Assembly: GCF_018977255.1 (NCBI RefSeq)
Contig: NW_024704821.1
Coordinates: 1 to 64,000 of the forward strand
Direction: 5' to 3'
DNA from: Callorhinchus milii
Taxonomy: Eukaryota
Length of the DNA stretch: 64,000 nt
In this document: positions 62,445 through 64,000 of the stretch, one piece after another
Numbering within the stretch: the first letter of the stretch is position 1
How the letters are laid out: the number at the start of each line of letters is the position of its first letter
Program-made: the position numbers and the translations under genes
Notes under the pieces: generated by a model
Databases searched by the model: none
Told to the model about the DNA's origin: nothing
What the model saw: only the letters and a program-made list of their open reading frames with translations

Positions 62445-63833
62445 ATTGCAGCTACAATACGTACACAATTGGAGAGGTTTCATAGCATAATTATTTTGGG
62501 CCCGTCTTACCTTTCCTTGGTGCTATCTTCTCCACAGGAAGTTTGTGCATTAGTCTAATTACCCTGCTCGTTCCCCATATTTTATCTTCCTCTCTGGAAC
62601 ATTCGGATATTCGGTGTCATTCACATTCTTTTACATTGACGTGTCTCTCTGCTGACACTTGCTGCGCCACTTGCTCATCCATTTCTATTCATTTCCTTGC
62701 CTTATTATTTCATCGATTATATCATTTGACTGAACAATTAGCTGACTTGGAGCATTTTGCACCAGAGTGACAACATATTGACATTTATTCAAGTCAGTTC
62801 ACGTCAGGACGTCGTCGCAAGTCAAATGTGCTCACTAGACTTTAAATGAAATGTAATGTTCATTCTTCTTTAACTTCAATACACTAAATTGTTTCGTTTC
62901 TTTAGTGACTCGCCAAGAACGCTCCCATACGTGGAAAGCGTTAAATAGGAATAGGAGCAGACCATCAGGTCCTTGAGTTTGTTCCAACGTTATATCACAT
63001 CATGGCTGATGTATCCCTCAACACATATTCTAACCTTTTCTTCGTAACCCTTGATATTCTGAGCTAAAATAAATGTATCCAACTCCGTCTGGAAAATGTG
63101 AATAGAACCAACATTTCCAGAATCTTTGTGGAAGTTTTCCAGATTTCCTTAAATTTTTCGTAATTCTTTCCTGCCAATTTCTTTGCTAACTGGACTGGCT
63201 CTAATGCACCCTTATTCTGCATTCCACCAACCACCAGAAGAAACAGTTTCTCTACAGATAGTTTTTGTTTAAGCAATTTAAACGGAAATTGTTTGTTTTG
63301 ATGTTTACTTACTTACTAATGCAGCAAAGAAAGAATCGTACATGTGGCAGCGCTCCCCAGCAAACAAGACATTTTTAAATAGCACTTTGATGATAACATG
63401 ACTAGAGTTAATAACAATAATAATAATTGTTGCATTTGATGTAGCGCCATATCACATCTTCGAGACGCCACTCAGTGCATCATTCAATATACTGTAAACG
63501 AATCGACTGCATATTGTGAGGGCGAAGCACGGCAGCAAATTGTAATTATCGGTGACTCATTGGATGAAGTGACCAATTTATTATCAACACTATTATTCAG
63601 AAGGAATTATTGCCTCTGAAAAATCGGTACTCCAACCGATTAACAACCTGCTTCCTATTTGCTGCTGGTAACCAGAGACTAGTGTGTGGAATAAGGAAAG
63701 TTGCACAATGATTCGTTCTGCAGGTCATTGAACCCAAGTCTATCGCTTGTGAGGCAAGTGCTGTAACCACTGAGCCACAGGACCCCACATGGCAGTTTTT
63801 GTAGGTGCGGAACCGCTGATCTGTGCCTCTGTG

Positions 63834-64000
63834 GGGCTCAGTGCACAGTAATACCCCGCGGAGTCTGTAACTCTCACTTGCAATATATTTAATGGGACGG
63901 TTCTCTCCGCTTTAGACACATTCGTTGAGAAACGTTCTTCTGCAAAGTCCGCGCCGTTCTTGATCCTGTTGTTGGTGTCTGTGCTAAGGATATATTCTGG
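63834..64000 (-). CDS. Family R V exon, 3' half (continues beyond the window)
   Basis: PEYILSTDTNNRIKNGADFAEERFSTNVSKAERTVPLNILQVRVTDSAGYYCALSP. RSS CACAGAG (63827-63833), 24 nt, ACAAAAACT (63794-63802). Confidence 0.75.

Overview
Vertebrate genomic DNA (two N-gaps) from the V-gene array of a cartilaginous-fish T-cell receptor alpha/delta locus. The DeuSINE/L2 repeat content suggests a chimaera such as Callorhinchus, but the species is an inference. All antigen-receptor segments lie on the minus strand; the shared D/J/C of the locus are not in the window and should lie beyond its left end. The main system is three tandem NAR-TCR cassettes. Each reads (minus strand): leader, IgNAR-like V with a 22-nt-spacer RSS, 12-D-12, 23-RSS J (motif DG[S/T][G/P]T), then a leaderless 'supporting' TCR-delta V with a CDR1 Cys and a 23-RSS. 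Cassette 1 (16.1-19.8 kb) is intact, cassette 2 (33.5-37.3 kb) is dead, and cassette 3 (46.0-49.7 kb) has an in-frame stop just before its V RSS. The cassettes sit in a triplicated 12-17 kb module interleaved with about five families of conventional leader+V/23-RSS genes, roughly six intact and many pseudogenes. NAR-TCR itself is a known system. Possibly undescribed details: (i) each NAR V ends in a different germline insert between a shared V end and a shared RSS, resembling germline RAG joints; (ii) two intact V genes have replaced canonical Cys23 with Ser and gained a CDR1/CDR2 Cys pair; (iii) all NAR Vs have an FR1 Cys and Trp41->Phe; (iv) the RSS layout allows conventional V to NAR-D/J chimeras. 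The rest is tRNA-headed DeuSINEs, L2/CR1 fragments and simple repeats.
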